From Congzhengia sp. (lineage in GTDB: Bacteria > Bacillota > Clostridia > UBA1381 > UBA9506): DNA of 52,055 nucleotides. A model generated the notes under the pieces. That model was not told where the DNA came from, made no database searches, and worked only from the letters and a program-made list of their open reading frames with translations. Made by a program: the position numbers and the translations under genes. This document shows positions 1 through 8,109 of the stretch, one piece after another. How positions within the stretch are numbered: the first letter of the stretch is position 1; every line of letters begins with the position of its first letter. Location of the stretch: positions 1 to 52,055 of the forward strand of contig JAZRET010000067.1 in the NCBI GenBank assembly GCA_045660945.1, in the 5' to 3' direction.

Positions 1-76
1 AGGGAAGAATACATTTACGAGATAATGAAAAGATACGGAAAACTCGATTAACACTGCTAAACAAAAGGAGACTAAA

Positions 77-211
77 ATGCAGACAAACATAAAACAAATG
101 ATTAAATACCTTACGGGCGGAAACAAGACTGAAATTGATACCCTGTGGCATTTATTATCTTTTGAAAAAGCGGCGATACGCCACGCGATTGTCGACATTA
201 CCAAAGGATAA
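77..211 (+). CDS. small hypothetical protein (44 aa, MQTNIKQ...)
   Basis: Open frame read by hand after the AAGGAGACTAAA RBS at 65-76; below the ORF track cutoff. Confidence 0.6.
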   Translation: MQTNIKQMIKYLTGGNKTEIDTLWHLLSFEKAAIRHAIVDITKG

Positions 212-214
212 ACT

Positions 215-499
215 ATGCCAGCACTTGTAATGACTAAAAATCTTCAGTTGTGGATGGTGGTTAAAATCTACAACGAAGGCGGTAGCGATGAACTTTCTGA
301 CGAACCTATGGCTGTATTCTTTGATGAACCCAGTGCAATAGATTACAGACAGAAGTTATACCGCAAAATGATTAACGAAGGTATCGAGTGGATTATAGAT
401 TGCCACGGTAGCGAACTAATGCCCGACTGGGATACCGATGACGTAGAATACTACTACGCAATTAAAAAAGGAAAACTTATGGAGCCAAACAATGATTAA
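215..499 (+). CDS. hypothetical early protein
   Basis: 94 aa acidic ORF, AAGGA RBS, packed between neighbours. Confidence 0.7.
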   Translation: MPALVMTKNLQLWMVVKIYNEGGSDELSDEPMAVFFDEPSAIDYRQKLYRKMINEGIEWIIDCHGSELMPDWDTDDVEYYYAIKKGKLMEPNND

Positions 500-1535
500 G
501 AAAACTATAAAAAAATACAGTGATTTAACTGATGTTGATGAAACTGTTTACGATAAAGAAAATAACACTTTGTGGGTGAGAAACCCATCGGTTGGAAACC
601 CAAGATTCGTAGCATACACTATTGAATCTGAGCAAATCTTAGATGGTTATACGGTCATAAATCCATTGAATAACACCCTGCGTGGATTAGGATTAAATTC
701 GCACTGGGGTATTTTCGGATACGGCGAATACCTTGAATGGATGAACAACCAAAGACGACCATTTGAAAGAAGTTTGCCAGACGAAAAAGACATAAAAATG
801 GCACTTAAACGACTTGAAAAATTCAAAACAGGGGACGGCTACGGCGCAACTGAAATTCAAATGGGCGTTGAATTGGAGCTCGAAGGGGATACAAAACAAC
901 CTATGACCGAATTGTTAAACGACTATATAGGGGCTAAAAAGCCGATTCAAGATGTTGGTTGCGATGGTTCTGTGTATGGTAGGGGAACAGAAATACGATT
1001 TAACCACCCGAAACTAACCGATTGGAAACTTGCTACTGTGCGTGATATTTTGCGTATAGCAAGAAAAAACGGTTGTGAGACAAAAGGTGGTTCAGCAGGG
1101 ATGCACGTCCACGTCTCACACCCAAAGGTTAAAATTGCGATTAACACATTCAAGAGCAACCTTGAGTTGATGCAAAAGATTTTGTATCCGATTAACTGTC
1201 GCCCACGAAAGAAAGTATTAAACGGAGAAGTTCGTGGTGATGTTTCCTACGGTGTTGGTGGGAATATATATCACGACCAAGGGGGGACATTTGGAACTTT
1301 GGAAATTCGTGCGTGGAATGCGACATTAAACCCACGGATGTTTATGGCGCGTGTAAGATTTTCGCGTTGGTTGGTAAATTATCTCACAAAAGATACGCAT
1401 CCAACTATGGCGAAGATTTTCAAAGCGATGGGGACACAAGCAAAACGCGACTATTTGTATATGTTGAATAGTAAAGAGAACCCACACCAATGGGGCGAAG
1501 ACCCAGAAAAGTTCAGAGCTCTGTTGGCAGCATAA
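492..1535 (+). CDS. putative amidoligase (COOH-NH2 ligase type 2 / Amidoligase_2-like)
   Basis: Motifs GVELELE, DGSV, EIRF, SAGMHVHVS and TLEIRAWNATLN match the phage amidoligase pattern. Confidence 0.8.
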   Translation: MIKKTIKKYSDLTDVDETVYDKENNTLWVRNPSVGNPRFVAYTIESEQILDGYTVINPLNNTLRGLGLNSHWGIFGYGEYLEWMNNQRRPFERSLPDEKDIKMALKRLEKFKTGDGYGATEIQMGVELELEGDTKQPMTELLNDYIGAKKPIQDVGCDGSVYGRGTEIRFNHPKLTDWKLATVRDILRIARKNGCETKGGSAGMHVHVSHPKVKIAINTFKSNLELMQKILYPINCRPRKKVLNGEVRGDVSYGVGGNIYHDQGGTFGTLEIRAWNATLNPRMFMARVRFSRWLVNYLTKDTHPTMAKIFKAMGTQAKRDYLYMLNSKENPHQWGEDPEKFRALLAA

Positions 1536-1556
1536 AGGAGACTAAAATGACTGTAA
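1527..1556 (+). repeat. 30-bp exact direct repeat (second copy at 51652-51681)
   Basis: GCAGCATAAAGGAGACTAAAATGACTGTAA at both sites. Confidence 0.85.
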
Positions 1557-2875
1557 GAATACGGTTTTCAAACGGTGATAAAGAAATCGCTGTTCCAGAT
1601 ACCTTCGTGACAGGTTTCGAGATATTGAAATATGTCATTGATAACAGGGAAGAATCTGTAGAAGATGCGAACAAACACACATTGAATTATGCGATTATTG
1701 ATGGAATTACATTTGGTGCAGAGACATACATTTGTGATTTCAAAGCGGTGGAATTCAATAACTGCGTATTCGATAACGCACGATTTCAGTATTCGACATT
1801 TTATGGATGTAAAGGCAAAGGGAATACATTTCATTATGAAGAAGATGCTGATATTTCGTGGATTGCGCGTGCAGGATTAAAAGGCAAAACAGTGACTAAA
1901 AAAGCACCACCAATTCTGACGCCAACCAACGAAGAAATTGCTGAGCGTTATAATGTGATTGTTACTGCGTTGCCAAACAAGTCGTTCGTGAAAATCAAAT
2001 GGACTTGTGCGTTCTGCCACAGGGATTTCACTGCGATTGCGCGCAGGGATAGGGTAGAAAAGGTGCTTACAAATCGAAAAGATGTGCCAAATTGTGCGAA
2101 AAAAGTATGCGAGCAATGTTTTAACACATACCGTTTGAGCGAAAAGTTCTATGGACACAGACATTACGGATATTCGGGTGCTGTCGCAAAGCATACGACA
2201 GATATGGATGCGAAAAATACTGTGTTGATCGGGCTAGAAATGGAATTTGAAGGCGATTTTACAGGCTGGAAAGAACTGGAAGATGCGCACAAAGGGCAAT
2301 TACACTACGGGTATGACAGTTCAGTTATAGGGCAAAATGAATTGTCTTGGGATTGCGGTTCGTATTCGTGGTGGAAATACTTGTCGAGCCTTAAAGATGT
2401 GTGTTCTGTTATTGAAAAAGGCAACGGACACGCAGGGGATTCGGCGGGAATACATATTCATATTTCGCGACCAGATGCAGATATTTACAGCGTCACAAAG
2501 ACAATAAATACTGCGTGCCGTAAAGGTGTTTGGAATGCGATTATGAAATCAGTGTCACTGCGTAATGATATGGAAAAGTTCAATCGTTATGCGAGTTTAA
2601 CTACAGAATGCGATGCACACCACGCGGCGATTTCATTTAATAGCCACGGAACTTGTGAGTTTCGTATATTCAACAGTTCGACAGATGCGACACTGATTCT
2701 GAAACAGATGAAGTTCTGCAAAGAAGTGTTCAATCTGTTCGCTGATGGTGAGTCTAATTACGACAAACTATCAAAAGAAAGCCTGCTGTTGATTAAAACC
2801 TGTGCAAAAACACAGCACGACAAAGGGTTTATAGACGACAGCGAGTATAACCTAATAACAACAAAAATAAAATAA
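1547..2875 (+). CDS. second putative amidoligase with N-terminal pentapeptide-repeat-like and Zn-ribbon segments
   Basis: GLEMEFE, YDSSV, SAGIHIHIS, TCEFRIFNSS; N-terminal DFKAVEFNNCVFDNARFQYSTF repeats and CAFC...CEQC; start reassigned to ATG 1547 after AAGGAGACTAAA. Confidence 0.78.
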   Translation: MTVRIRFSNGDKEIAVPDTFVTGFEILKYVIDNREESVEDANKHTLNYAIIDGITFGAETYICDFKAVEFNNCVFDNARFQYSTFYGCKGKGNTFHYEEDADISWIARAGLKGKTVTKKAPPILTPTNEEIAERYNVIVTALPNKSFVKIKWTCAFCHRDFTAIARRDRVEKVLTNRKDVPNCAKKVCEQCFNTYRLSEKFYGHRHYGYSGAVAKHTTDMDAKNTVLIGLEMEFEGDFTGWKELEDAHKGQLHYGYDSSVIGQNELSWDCGSYSWWKYLSSLKDVCSVIEKGNGHAGDSAGIHIHISRPDADIYSVTKTINTACRKGVWNAIMKSVSLRNDMEKFNRYASLTTECDAHHAAISFNSHGTCEFRIFNSSTDATLILKQMKFCKEVFNLFADGESNYDKLSKESLLLIKTCAKTQHDKGFIDDSEYNLITTKIK

Positions 2876-2888
2876 AGGAGACTAAACT

Positions 2889-4082
2889 ATGTGTGTTATT
2901 ATTGCTAAACCAAAGGGTGTCGACCCGTTAAAACGAGAATACTTTGAGAACGCGTGGGCGCACAATTCTCAAGGCGGTGGTGTTGTCTGGAAAGAAGACA
3001 ACGGCGAAGTGATGATGCAAAAAGGATTTATGGATAAAGATACCTTTTTGGCGAAACTTGACGAAATAAACCAAAAAGATACTGCGTTCATAGCGCATTT
3101 TAGGATAAAATCAGTTGGCGAAGTGAACCCTGAGAATACGCACCCGTTTGCGATGTCTCATGTGACGTTCGCCCATAATGGAACTATTAGTTCTATTAAG
3201 CCGATTGAAGGTAAAACAGATTCAGAGACGTTTGGTTTGTGGTTCTTGAAAGACCGTTCAATGAAATGGATTAAAGACAATTCATTATTGTTGGAATTGG
3301 CATTAGGAACGAGCAAGTTTGCGTTAATGGATAACAAGACAGGCGAAATACATATCTTGAATCGTGAATACGGACAAGAACGCGATGGCGCGTGGTTCTC
3401 AAACAGTTCTGCGTTCCCTTATGTCGCACCAAAGACGACTTCAAGTGCGTATTCTGGTGGGTATTGGAGAGGAAATACTTATTACAGTAGCCACTATGAT
3501 GACGATTATGATTGCCTTTCTTGTAACAGGGATAGTGTAATAAAAGCAAACAAACAGTTCGGGACAAAAGGTTATACACACGCATACGCAGAATACGATA
3601 ACGAACGCGGATGCTTTGTATATACCGCATCAAAGAGTCCTGTGTTCTGTGCGTATTTAAGTGGGGCTTTTGTTGAGAACCGCAGGGGCTTTTGGACACT
3701 TGATAAGAAATACCAACCGTTGGATTCTTTCAAGGATATGCCAAAAGAAATGAAACGACCCATCAACAAAGTGTTGGGGACATATACACAATATATGTGT
3801 AAATGTTTGCGTGAATATTACAGAGCGGATTTTGATTCGATTTTAGAACGGTCTGAAAACGAACAAGAGATTTCTGCGCTGTATTGTTTGTTGGATGTGT
3901 GCCGTAGATTGGTGCGTGCTGGTAAAACCATAAACGAAGATACATTGGACAAAATGTTATTGGAACGCGCACCTTCATACAACGCGGACAAATCTGCGTT
4001 CTTAATATACCTTGAAGGTTATGTGACAGATTTGCTTGACGACCTGTATCCAGAACGCAAAGCATTGATTTTGGCTGTGTAA
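2889..4082 (+). CDS. class II (Ntn) glutamine amidotransferase with C-terminal extension
   Basis: N-terminal MC nucleophile, HFR, NTHPF, HNG and TDSE motifs. Confidence 0.88.
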   Translation: MCVIIAKPKGVDPLKREYFENAWAHNSQGGGVVWKEDNGEVMMQKGFMDKDTFLAKLDEINQKDTAFIAHFRIKSVGEVNPENTHPFAMSHVTFAHNGTISSIKPIEGKTDSETFGLWFLKDRSMKWIKDNSLLLELALGTSKFALMDNKTGEIHILNREYGQERDGAWFSNSSAFPYVAPKTTSSAYSGGYWRGNTYYSSHYDDDYDCLSCNRDSVIKANKQFGTKGYTHAYAEYDNERGCFVYTASKSPVFCAYLSGAFVENRRGFWTLDKKYQPLDSFKDMPKEMKRPINKVLGTYTQYMCKCLREYYRADFDSILERSENEQEISALYCLLDVCRRLVRAGKTINEDTLDKMLLERAPSYNADKSAFLIYLEGYVTDLLDDLYPERKALILAV

Positions 4083-4163
4083 GTCGAAATACCCGATAAA
4101 ATAGTCTCCTATCGGGTATATGTGTAGGATGACAACCTGCGCACTGATGAGACAAGTCACATA
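4076..4163 (+). ncRNA. hammerhead ribozyme, type II
   Basis: GTC-GAAA (4083-4089); stem III 4089-4098/4110-4119; ATA cleavage triplet 4118-4120; stem I TGTGTAGG/CCTGCGCA; CTGATGA 4144-4150; GAC closes stem II; loop I TGAC can pair with GTCA at 4156-4159. Confidence 0.88.
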
Positions 4164-4186
4164 CTAAACAAAAAAAGGAGTAAAGT

Positions 4187-4639
4187 ATGAAAGTAATGAA
4201 AGGCATCTTGGTCAATCACACTGTCAAAACACCAGATTGTGCAGAACAACGCTTCTACACGACAACGGTTGAAGACGTTAAAAAAGACGACGTGTTCGCT
4301 GTGTGGGCGCACGGTAAATTGGCTTATTTTAAGGTCAAGGCAGTGATGGAAACTTATGAATACTTGCCGAGCGAAAATGCTGGTGTAAAGTTGGAAGATG
4401 TTTCCGTAGCATTGAACCGTATTGACTTTAAGGCATATACTGTGTCGAAGAAAGTCTTGGAAAAGACGAAACGCATCAGAGCGTGTATTGCGGAGCGTTT
4501 GGCTGAAGCGAAAGAATCTCAACAGATTGCTGAGCTTATTAAAACGGCAAACACGACTGAACGCAAAGCCGAAATTAAGGCTTTACAAGACCAACTTAAA
4601 GCGTTGGCTGAAAACCCAGAGTCAGTTCTGGAAGACTAA
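4187..4639 (+). CDS. hypothetical protein with coiled-coil C-terminus
   Basis: 150 aa ORF with AAGGAG RBS. Confidence 0.75.
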   Translation: MKVMKGILVNHTVKTPDCAEQRFYTTTVEDVKKDDVFAVWAHGKLAYFKVKAVMETYEYLPSENAGVKLEDVSVALNRIDFKAYTVSKKVLEKTKRIRACIAERLAEAKESQQIAELIKTANTTERKAEIKALQDQLKALAENPESVLED

Positions 4640-4640
4640 A

Positions 4641-4669
4641 AATAAGTCCCCCACAGGGGACTTTATTTT
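4641..4669 (+). terminator. probable intrinsic terminator
   Basis: AAGTCCCC-caca-GGGGACTT followed by TATTTT immediately after the stop codon. Confidence 0.65.
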
Positions 4670-4671
4670 GC

Positions 4672-4717
4672 GGTAGCATCGATTTCCTGTCATTAAAAAC
4701 CTTTAACGGTGCTACCA
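4672..4717 (+). ncRNA. hairpin RNA with anti-SD/anti-AUG loop
   Basis: 10-bp stem GGTAGCATCG/CGGTGCTACC plus A; the loop is the reverse complement of AAAGG-TTTTTA-ATG-ACA-GGA-AAT. Confidence 0.55.
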
Positions 4718-4736
4718 CATAATAAAGGAGACTAAA

Positions 4737-5117
4737 ATGTTTAGATGTAATATATATTTGGAAACACTAGATAAAAAGCGTTGGTATATTGACCAAACTT
4801 GCCGTTGCGAACGGGATTTGCATATAACAAAAGGATACGGATCGCCGTTCTATGTGCCAGTTGATATTGCCGACCAACCAAGATCGTCTTATACATTTTT
4901 AACGATGCGCAATATGATGCTAAACTGTATAAACACAGGACTAAAATTCTTAAAATGTCGAATAGATGATTTTAAGATTGATGTTCGCTCAGACGGTTAT
5001 ACGCATTTGGATAAAAAAGAACGGATGAGAATTAGCAGGTTTATAAAAAAAGAATTTGAAAGCATCAAAAATGATGTAAAGTTCATAAATAAAACACTGG
5101 GGGCGCAAAATGCTTAG
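4737..5117 (+). CDS. hypothetical protein
   Basis: ORF with AAGGAGACTAAA RBS. Confidence 0.75.
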   Translation: MFRCNIYLETLDKKRWYIDQTCRCERDLHITKGYGSPFYVPVDIADQPRSSYTFLTMRNMMLNCINTGLKFLKCRIDDFKIDVRSDGYTHLDKKERMRISRFIKKEFESIKNDVKFINKTLGAQNA

Positions 5118-5562
5118 GATTTGCTTTGCTATCGATACACTTGATAGGCACTACAGGTATTTAACGAGCCCTTCTTGTGCTATGCGACAAATGGAAATAG
5201 AAACATACAACATAAAAAACTACGATGAAAACTTTATCGAAAACAAACTTGTGTGGTATAGTTTCTACGATTTTGATTTAGAAGACGAAGATTTAATTCA
5301 ATTCTTCGACAAAGCGTGCATAAAAGAAGGACTTAAAATATTGCCAGTTCCAGTCGAGGCAATAAAACTTGACGAGGTTGTAGAAATCTTCAAAAGATTC
5401 GGACAGTTTTTAGCAAAACATAAAGAGTTTGAAGGAAAGATTCTGCCTTATCTGATAACAGAAGACGGAATTATGAAAGATGGGAAATACGGCTTGGTTC
5501 ATAATTCAACGGACACAAGCGAAAATACATCGGGCGGTATAACTACACCACCAACACGATAA
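5110..5562 (+). CDS. hypothetical protein
   Basis: 150 aa ORF overlapping the previous stop. Confidence 0.7.
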   Translation: MLRICFAIDTLDRHYRYLTSPSCAMRQMEIETYNIKNYDENFIENKLVWYSFYDFDLEDEDLIQFFDKACIKEGLKILPVPVEAIKLDEVVEIFKRFGQFLAKHKEFEGKILPYLITEDGIMKDGKYGLVHNSTDTSENTSGGITTPPTR

Positions 5563-5620
5563 ATCGCGTTGTATGGGCAAATAAATGCGTGTAATCGCTA
5601 TTTAACAAACGGAGGATGCT

Positions 5621-6049
5621 ATGCATATGGTATTTATACAGAAAAGAATCGATAAAAAGATAGTTTTTTGGACAACTAACCTTAAACCGACAGATAGTAT
5701 CAACAACGCGGCTCGCTACAACGGCTTTGATTCAATTTCTTCGGGTGATCTTAGTGTTATAAGAACTTGGATTCGTGACGAACACACTAGAGCAAACTTT
5801 AATGCCGTTATTGTTCCTGTTTGCGTAGACGAAGATACTGTCGAACCAAATGAACTTGGTGAGCCACAAGAACCAACAACAACTTGCAACCATTCTCTGA
5901 TGACAGAAAACATAAAGGCTTCTTTAAGAAGAGGTCTTCTGCCCGGATTCGATATAGCCAATTACATCGACTTTACAACAGATACAGACCTTGTTCGTAG
6001 AGTCCAAAAAATGGAAAAAGACAAATACGAAGAGCGCATTTCGTGGTAA
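5621..6049 (+). CDS. hypothetical protein
   Basis: 142 aa ORF with GGAGG RBS. Confidence 0.7.
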   Translation: MHMVFIQKRIDKKIVFWTTNLKPTDSINNAARYNGFDSISSGDLSVIRTWIRDEHTRANFNAVIVPVCVDEDTVEPNELGEPQEPTTTCNHSLMTENIKASLRRGLLPGFDIANYIDFTTDTDLVRRVQKMEKDKYEERISW

Positions 6050-6228
6050 TGCGCTCACGCGCGCGCACGCGTCTACAGAGTGTCCGTAAATTTATTTATT
6101 TATTTATTTAGGGATAAATAAATAAATTTACTCCTAGACCATTAAGAGACCAGATCCAAAGAAAGTCTAGAAAGATAAAAGAAAGAAATATATAAAGAAA
6201 GAAAAACGAAAGAAACGAAAGAAAGGTA
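6050..6228. other. candidate replication origin
   Basis: Non-coding; CG-alternating tract, AT-rich inverted repeat GTAAATTTATTTATTT/AAATAAATAAATTTAC and tandem AAAGAAAG / ACGAAAGAA repeats. Confidence 0.45.
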
Positions 6229-6242
6229 AGGAGACTAAAACG

Positions 6243-6815
6243 ATGGACAACGCAGTGAGATATATCAACAAGATATGTGAACTGTATAACCTTTCAGAGG
6301 ATACAAAAAAGACAATGTTAAAATACATAGACAAGGTTGTGAGGATGCTTGGCGATTTTACCTGGACGGAAATCGAGTCTGCTATCGCTTGGTATTACGC
6401 AAACCGTTCGCAGACCAAACAGCCACGACTTATTGAATTGAATTCGTGGTTGCGTGGCAGAAAGAAACCTGTTCAAAGACAGCCTGCCGAGGAACTGCCA
6501 CCAGCGAAACCTGCAACAGGTATTAGACAAATACAGGATTGTTTTTATACCGTTTGCAAGACTGCACACATACAGGGAATAGCGGGTGCTTACGGGTTTG
6601 AGTATTTTAATACCGTTGAAAAGTTGCCTACTGGCGACTCAGCCGCCATAATTGACAAGAACGGCGTCCCAACACTTGTCGTAAAACGATGGTTTTGGGA
6701 AGATGCTGTTAAACTTGCAAAAGAACAATACCCAGATAGGTTTGCACCGTTCAAAGGGATTACCTTTTGGGAGGAATGTGCGCTGGCTTACAAACTGGGT
6801 GTGCTACAACTATAA
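6243..6815 (+). CDS. hypothetical protein, possibly helicase loader/inhibitor-like
   Basis: N-terminal helical segment (LGDFTWTEIESAI...PRLIEL) reminiscent of phage P/G39P-like proteins; next to the candidate origin; function uncertain. Confidence 0.4.
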   Translation: MDNAVRYINKICELYNLSEDTKKTMLKYIDKVVRMLGDFTWTEIESAIAWYYANRSQTKQPRLIELNSWLRGRKKPVQRQPAEELPPAKPATGIRQIQDCFYTVCKTAHIQGIAGAYGFEYFNTVEKLPTGDSAAIIDKNGVPTLVVKRWFWEDAVKLAKEQYPDRFAPFKGITFWEECALAYKLGVLQL

Positions 6816-6824
6816 GGAGATGTT

Positions 6825-7031
6825 ATGTCGACAAGAAAAAAAGTAAAAATGACTGTTTTTTCACTTTTGCTATTGCTTATCGGGTTCTTTACTGGTAGGT
6901 TTATAGCGAACAGGGGCTGTGATGCGCGTTGCGATAGCGACATACGGGATATCGAAGAAGCCGTTATTAAGATTATTCACAACCCACACAATTGTATTTC
7001 TATCTGCAACAAACAATGTGGATGGGAATAA
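6825..7031 (+). CDS. small membrane-anchored Cys-rich protein
   Basis: AAGGAG RBS, hydrophobic N-terminal segment, several Cys. Confidence 0.6.
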   Translation: MSTRKKVKMTVFSLLLLLIGFFTGRFIANRGCDARCDSDIRDIEEAVIKIIHNPHNCISICNKQCGWE

Positions 7032-7036
7032 ACGAG

Positions 7037-7430
7037 TTCGTTACAGGGGTTTGTAACGATATTGTCCAAAATGTTTGTCTAATTTGACATTTTGAGCATG
7101 TTTGGTGGAATGATTTGGATGCAAACATTCCATCGCCTAGGAATAGATAGGCGACTCCTTTTCTTGCGAATAGTGCGTATGTTGATCTATTCCAATACGC
7201 ACAAGGTTGTGGACGCAAGTAAAAAGTTTCCACAACCGACTTTTATAGGGGGCGTTGTTTTCTTCATTCTCTCTCGTTTCAGAACGCTCCCTGCCAAATG
7301 CGAGATACCTGTTCGACTGGAAGACAGTTAGAGCAGAGAAAAATATCTCGCACCAAGTTTTGGATGGGGCTATATGGAACATTGAGCGTGTCTACGCAAC
7401 CTAACGGCGTTTGTTTCTGACTGCCCTATC
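7037..7430 (+). ncRNA. tandem array of hairpin RNAs upstream of the tRNAs
   Basis: Back-to-back stems at about 7037-7058, 7067-7094, 7104-7134, 7140-7194, 7205-7237, 7246-7296, 7299-7355 and 7363-7430; several end in CCA. Confidence 0.6.
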
Positions 7431-7432
7431 AC

Positions 7433-7508
7433 TGACCCGTAGTTCAATGAGCAGAACGATCGGCCGTTAACCGATAGGTTGCTGGGGCGGAGCCAGCCGG
7501 GTCAGCCA
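7433..7508 (+). tRNA. tRNA-Asn(GTT), non-canonical T loop
   Basis: Acceptor TGACCCG/CGGGTCA-G-CCA; anticodon arm ATCGG-CCGTTAA-CCGAT; T arm GCTGG-GGCGGAG-CCAGC. Confidence 0.85.
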
Positions 7509-7510
7509 GA

Positions 7511-7586
7511 TGTCCAGTAGGTCAACGGTTTAGACCGACAATCTGATAAGTTGTAGACGCAAGTTCGACTCTTGCCTGGACAACCA
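7511..7586 (+). tRNA. tRNA-Ile(GAT)
   Basis: Acceptor TGTCCAG/CTGGACA-A-CCA; anticodon loop CTGATAA; canonical TTCGACT T loop. Confidence 0.93.
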
Positions 7587-7601
7587 ACTAAAGGATTAGT
7601 T

Positions 7602-8033
7602 ATGAAAGCGGATTATCTTTTTGTCCCACACACAAAGACAGGGCAAAGGCTACATAGAAAAATTGCGGAACAAAAGGTCGGAAGAAAACTTGAGTATAAC
7701 GAATGTGTGCACCATATAAACGGGGATAAACACGATAACCGACCAGAAAATCTTGCTATTACAACAAGATCTTCGCATAGCAGGGAACACGCAAAAGAAT
7801 ATTGGGCTAAAAAGACAAAACAAGAAAGAGTATTGTTAACAAAAAAACTTGTGGCTGAATCTTCAATAAAAAACAGAAGATGCGTTGCGTGTATAAACGA
7901 TAAAGGCGGTATTGTTAAAAAGTTTGATGCTATAAAAGATACTGCCGCTTGTGGTTTTGACCCACAACATGTATGTCAGTGCTGTAAGGGGCACAGGAAG
8001 ACACATAAAGGGTTCAAGTGGGTGTATGTATAA
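7602..8033 (+). CDS. HNH homing endonuclease with NUMOD1-like C-terminal DNA-binding domain
   Basis: HRKIAE...VHHINGDKHDNRPENL...H..EH; C-terminal CCKG..KTHKGFKW; start ATG 7602 after AAGGA. Confidence 0.88.
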   Translation: MKADYLFVPHTKTGQRLHRKIAEQKVGRKLEYNECVHHINGDKHDNRPENLAITTRSSHSREHAKEYWAKKTKQERVLLTKKLVAESSIKNRRCVACINDKGGIVKKFDAIKDTAACGFDPQHVCQCCKGHRKTHKGFKWVYV

Positions 8034-8040
8034 TAGTTTT

Positions 8041-8101
8041 TGCGGGCGGTGCATATAAAATCCTTATGACACTCTGCGTATAGTCATTACCGCCCGCGCC
8101 A
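8041..8101 (+). ncRNA. CCA-terminated hairpin RNA with anti-SD/anti-AUG segment
   Basis: Stem TGCGGGCGGTG/TACCGCCCGCG plus CCA; internal CATATAAAATCCTT is antisense of AAGGA-TTTTAT-ATG. Confidence 0.55.
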
Positions 8102-8109
8102 AAGATTCG

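Noticed and set aside
5894-5905. Second CTGATGA hammerhead-like core
   Set aside because: Inside a coding region with no convincing flanking stems found
7037-7430. CRISPR or mini-CRISPR array
   Set aside because: The hairpins share no repeated sequence and there are no cas genes
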